Source of the DNA: Octopus sinensis
Lineage: Eukaryota
Length of the DNA stretch: 64,000 bases
Direction: 5' to 3'
Assembly (NCBI RefSeq): GCF_006345805.1
Contig: NC_043006.1
Span: 63,550,001 to 63,614,000, forward strand
Part shown: positions 59,925 to 64,000 of the stretch, one piece after another
Layout: each line of letters starts with the position of its first letter
How positions within the stretch are numbered: position 1 is the first letter of the stretch
Notes under the pieces: generated by a model
Seen by the model: only the letters and a program-made list of their open reading frames with translations
What the model was told of the DNA's origin: nothing
The model's database searches: none
Position numbers and translations under genes: made by a program

Positions 59925-62089
59925 AATCGATCTATTGCATTTCAATCTATTTTAGATTTAGGGTTAGGGGTGGGGGGAAGGGTTTTTTTTTTCTTCACAA
60001 ATGTAAATAAACCCAATCTGTTTCTTAAACGAGAGACATATTCATACGGCACGGAATGTTGTTTACCTCAATGGACGTATTTGATTGGTTAAAATTGCCG
60101 AAATGCAAGAAATTAAAGATGAAATATGTTACAAACTACAGAATTTTCTCAAGAAAACCAAGAGAAAATGATGTTTTATAAACACATTCTACTAGTATAC
60201 GAAGTTAAAAATTTTTTAGTTACCTAGAAATTATGTTAAAAACTGCCGTTCAAGCCAAAAAGATCTGAAAATTCTAACTGGGTCCCACCTGAAAGTCCAT
60301 GCACTGTTTACCTTGATATCAGAGCATCTTGTGCACATATGGTTGTGATGCATGTGCCTAGTGTACCCCTATCAGACAGGTAGTCATGATGGGTATACTA
60401 GGCTTCATATATTTATACGCCAGTATCACTTTGATGGCATATGTTGCTTGTTTACTCAATAATAATAATAACAATAATGGTTTCAAATTTTGGCACAAGG
60501 CTAGCAGGAGTAAGATAGTCGATTAAATTGATTCCAGTCCTTGACTGGTACTTTATTTCAGCAATCACAAAAGGATGAAGGGCAGAGTTGATCTTGGTGC
60601 GATTTGAACTCTGAAATCTAAGGAACCAGAAGAAATACCCCTAAAACAGTTTGATGTATTGACTCTGCTGCCATCTCAATGTAATCGGCTTTCCCCTCTC
60701 CTCAAAAAATTTTTTTGAATAATTCTTTATAAATATTTTTAAGAATGACATTGTTTTCTTTTTTTTTTTTTCATCAAATTGGATAAATCAATTTCAGTTA
60801 TTTTTCTTTGCTTTTTTTTAAAAATAAATTTTGTTAAACCCATTATGTTAATTTTGAAAAATAAAGAAATTCTAAAATGAAGCAGTGTTGATAATTTGCA
60901 TTTTCATATGTATAGTTATAGCTGTGTGGTTACACCCACATGTAAGAAGCTTTCTTCCCAACCATAGGGTCTTGAGTTCAGTCCCACTACAAAACACCTT
61001 GAGCAAGTGTTTTCTTCCGTTGCCCTGGCTTAATCAAAGCCTTGTAAGTAAATTTGATAGACGGGGGAAAAATCTGTTACCTGATGAGAATGTTTTTATA
61101 TAAACTCTTTTTTTTTTCTGACTTCTCACAAAGAATACACAAAGCCTCAAACCTTTTCTTATTGTCAATGACTGTCACTTGATTTGAATACGATGATGAT
61201 GTTTATAATGTCGTTCCTTTTACACCTGTTAATTAAATTGACCTTTAAATTAAATTTAAAGGTCAAAGTTAATCAGCAAGATCAGCTAAAATTACATAAC
61301 TATAAACCACTGGTATACAAGCACCCACTGACAAAATTTCAAATCTGTATGTAAAATATTAAAGTTACAAGCAGAGATTGTGGAAACCCCCTTTGAACCT
61401 GAAGAATTCAAAATAGCATGAACAAATAAGCACCACATTTGACAGATTAATCTGAACACTAAAGGGGGAAAGAGTTTTAGTCAAATTGACCCCAGAACTT
61501 ATTCTTTATAAGCTTAGTAGTTATTCTGTTAGTCTCTTTTGCCACACCTCTAAGTTATGGGGACATGAATATACTGGTGTTGGTTGTCAAGTGATGGCAG
61601 GGCTACAAATACAGACACACACACATAATACATATATATATATACACACACACACGATCGGCTTTTTTCAGTTTCTGTCTTCCAAATCCACTCACAAGGC
61701 TTTGGTTGGCTTGAGTCTATAGTAGAAGACACTTGTCCAAGGTGCCATGCTGTGGGACTGAACTCAGAAGCAAGCTTCTTACCACACAGCCAGACCTATT
61801 TGGATTATATATCATCATCATCATTTAATGTCTGCTTTCCATGCTGGTATGGGTTGGACGGTTTGACAGGAGCTGGTCAGGCAGGAGACTGCACCAGACC
61901 TCCTTTTTTTTTTTTTTTTTTTTTTTTTTTGGCACGGTTTTTATGACTGGAAACCCTTCCTAACACTGACCACCCAGCAGAGTAGATTGACTGCTTGTAT
62001 ATGTGTGTGTGTATGTATGTATGTATATATATATACACACACACACACATTAATGTTTATAAAGCCAGTGTTAATTAAATAAATTTCAT

Positions 62090-62450
62090 TTTTTACATTA
62101 TTTACACTTGACAGATATTTGTCATCTTGTTTGTTGTTAACACGTTTTGGCTTAATGTGTTTTGGGGAAATTTGGAACCTGGGTTCTCATTCCGAGGTAT
62201 TTTTTGATTTTATTATTATTACTATTATTCAGGAATCGAACTCGGAATCTTGGGGTTAGTAGCCCACGCTCTTAACCACTACGCCTTAAGAACGAGAATC
62301 CAGGTTTGAAATTTCCCCAAGACATCTGATGAAGGCGGGAGGGTATATCAGCCGAAATGCAATGTTAGCAACAAACAAGATGAGGACAAATATCCGTTAC
62401 ATGTAAAAAATGTATATAATTCCTCATCTCTTAAATATAGAACTAAAATA
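62090..62450. mobile_element. Inverted pair of a tRNA-headed element carrying a hammerhead-like motif
   Basis: Minus copy has a tRNA-like head (62231-62285; B-box GAGTTCGATTCC); plus copy has CTGATGA...GAAA at 62326-62357. Confidence 0.6.
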
Positions 62451-63375
62451 AATTTCAGTTTCACAATTTAATTTTTTCAGGTGTGGCTGTGTGGTAAGAA
62501 ACTTGCTTAACAACCACATGCCACATGGTGCCGGGTTCAGTTCCACTGTGTAGCATCTTGGCAAGTGTCTTCTACTATAGCTTCTGGCTGACCAAAGCCC
62601 TGCTTGTGGATTTGGTAGACAGAAATTGAAAGCTTATATATATATATATATATAATGTTTGTGTGTCTGTGTTTGTCCCCCCCCCCCCCATAAACACACC
62701 AAGATTGGTGTGTTTATGTCCCCGTAGCATAGTGGACAGCAAAAGAGGTCGATAGAATAAGTACTATGCTTACAAACAAAAAGTCCTAGGGTCAGTTTGT
62801 TCGACTAAAGGCGATGCTCCAGCATGGCCGCAGTCAGATGACTGAAACGAGTAAAAGAGTCTGGTTTCAAGTTGATGACCATTCTGCTCCAGACATTAGG
62901 GAAAATGCAAAGCAATGGAATTTTTTGGAACTCCTGAGGAATTCATTTGAAACTCTCTCCTAACCTGTCTTTGCACTACAATTGTATTTTCAAACTTCCA
63001 GCAGCTCTTGAGGACAAATTTTTTTTGTTCAAAGCTTTGACTGGCCCCACTTCATTATTTCTAATGGTTTAACCCGTATACCAGTGCAGCATAACCGGCC
63101 CATTTAAGAGTACCCTTCAATCATTGGGCAATAAACTGCGCTTGTGAAGACCTGTTAAGTCAAGTGAAGTTATTGTCGTGGCCAATAACAGTACCATCTG
63201 ACAGGCACCCATGCCAGTGGCACATAAAAAGCATCCACTACACTCTCGGAGTAGTTGGTGTTAGGAAGGAACATAGCCAGATTGGATTGGATTGGAGTTT
63301 GGTGCAGCCTTCTGGCTTACCAACCCTCAGTCTTACCACACAGCTGCTCCTGCATATATATATATATATATATAT

Positions 63376-63690
63376 GATGATGGATAGCTCAGTGGTTAGA
63401 GCATCAGGCCTTCAATTGTGTAGTTGTGATTTCAATTCCAGGTCCAGGCTGTGTATAGTGTTCTTGAGTAAGACACTTTATTTCACGTTGCTCCAATTCA
63501 CTCAACTGTTGAAATGAGTTGCGACGTCACTGGTGCCTTTCCCTTTCCCTTGGATGACATCGGTGGCGTGGAGAAGGGAGGCTGGTATGCATGGGTGACT
63601 GCTGATCTTCCATAAACAACCTTGCTTGGACTTGTCCCTTGGAGGGGAACTTTCTAGGTGCAATCCTGTGGTCATTCATGATCAAAGGGG
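63376..63690 (+). mobile_element. tRNA-derived SINE, degenerate
   Basis: gatagctcagtggttagagc A-box and a degenerate B-box, followed by a SINE body. Confidence 0.6.
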
Positions 63691-64000
63691 TGGCTGTATG
63701 GTAAGGAGCTTGCTTACCAACCACATGGTTCCGGGTTCAGTCACACTGCGTGGCATCTTGGGCAAGTGCCTTCTACTATAGCCTTGGGCTTACCAAAGCC
63801 TTGTGAGTGGATTTACTAGATGGAAACTGAAAGAAGCCTGTCATATACATATATATGTATATAAATGTGTGTGTTTGTTCTCCCCCCGCCATCATTTGAC
63901 AAGTGATGCTGGTGTGTTTACGTCCCCATCAGTTAGCATTTTGACAAAAATAGACCGATAGAATAAGTACTAGGTTTGCAAAGAATAAGTCCTGGAGTCA

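Overview
Eukaryotic, AT-rich and repeat-dense genomic DNA. The SINE, RTE and microsatellite families look like those of Octopus (coleoid cephalopod); this assignment is from recognition, not a database search. Two host genes are supported. (1) An alpha-N-acetylglucosaminidase (NAGLU, GH89) on the minus strand, for which I reconstructed 12 phase-compatible coding exons (24344 down to 1525; 1287 nt, 429 codons); it continues past the left edge of the window. (2) An intronless VMA21 V-ATPase assembly factor on the plus strand (41125-41430), divergent from NAGLU. The rest is mostly mobile DNA: RTE LINE fragments with a 63-bp minisatellite 3'UTR, tRNA-derived SINEs, an R4/Dong fragment, a mariner, two Gypsy relics, Helitron-, piggyBac- and TIR-type MITEs, and a ~17-kb cluster of L1/Tx1-like pieces (42.8-59.8 kb). 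The best leads are an ORF1-only (half-L1-like) retroelement family sharing its 3' end with L1/Tx1 and a SINE, a tRNA-head element carrying a hammerhead ribozyme motif, and a possible second cistron or 3'UTR intron after VMA21. No prokaryotic features or CRISPR arrays were found.
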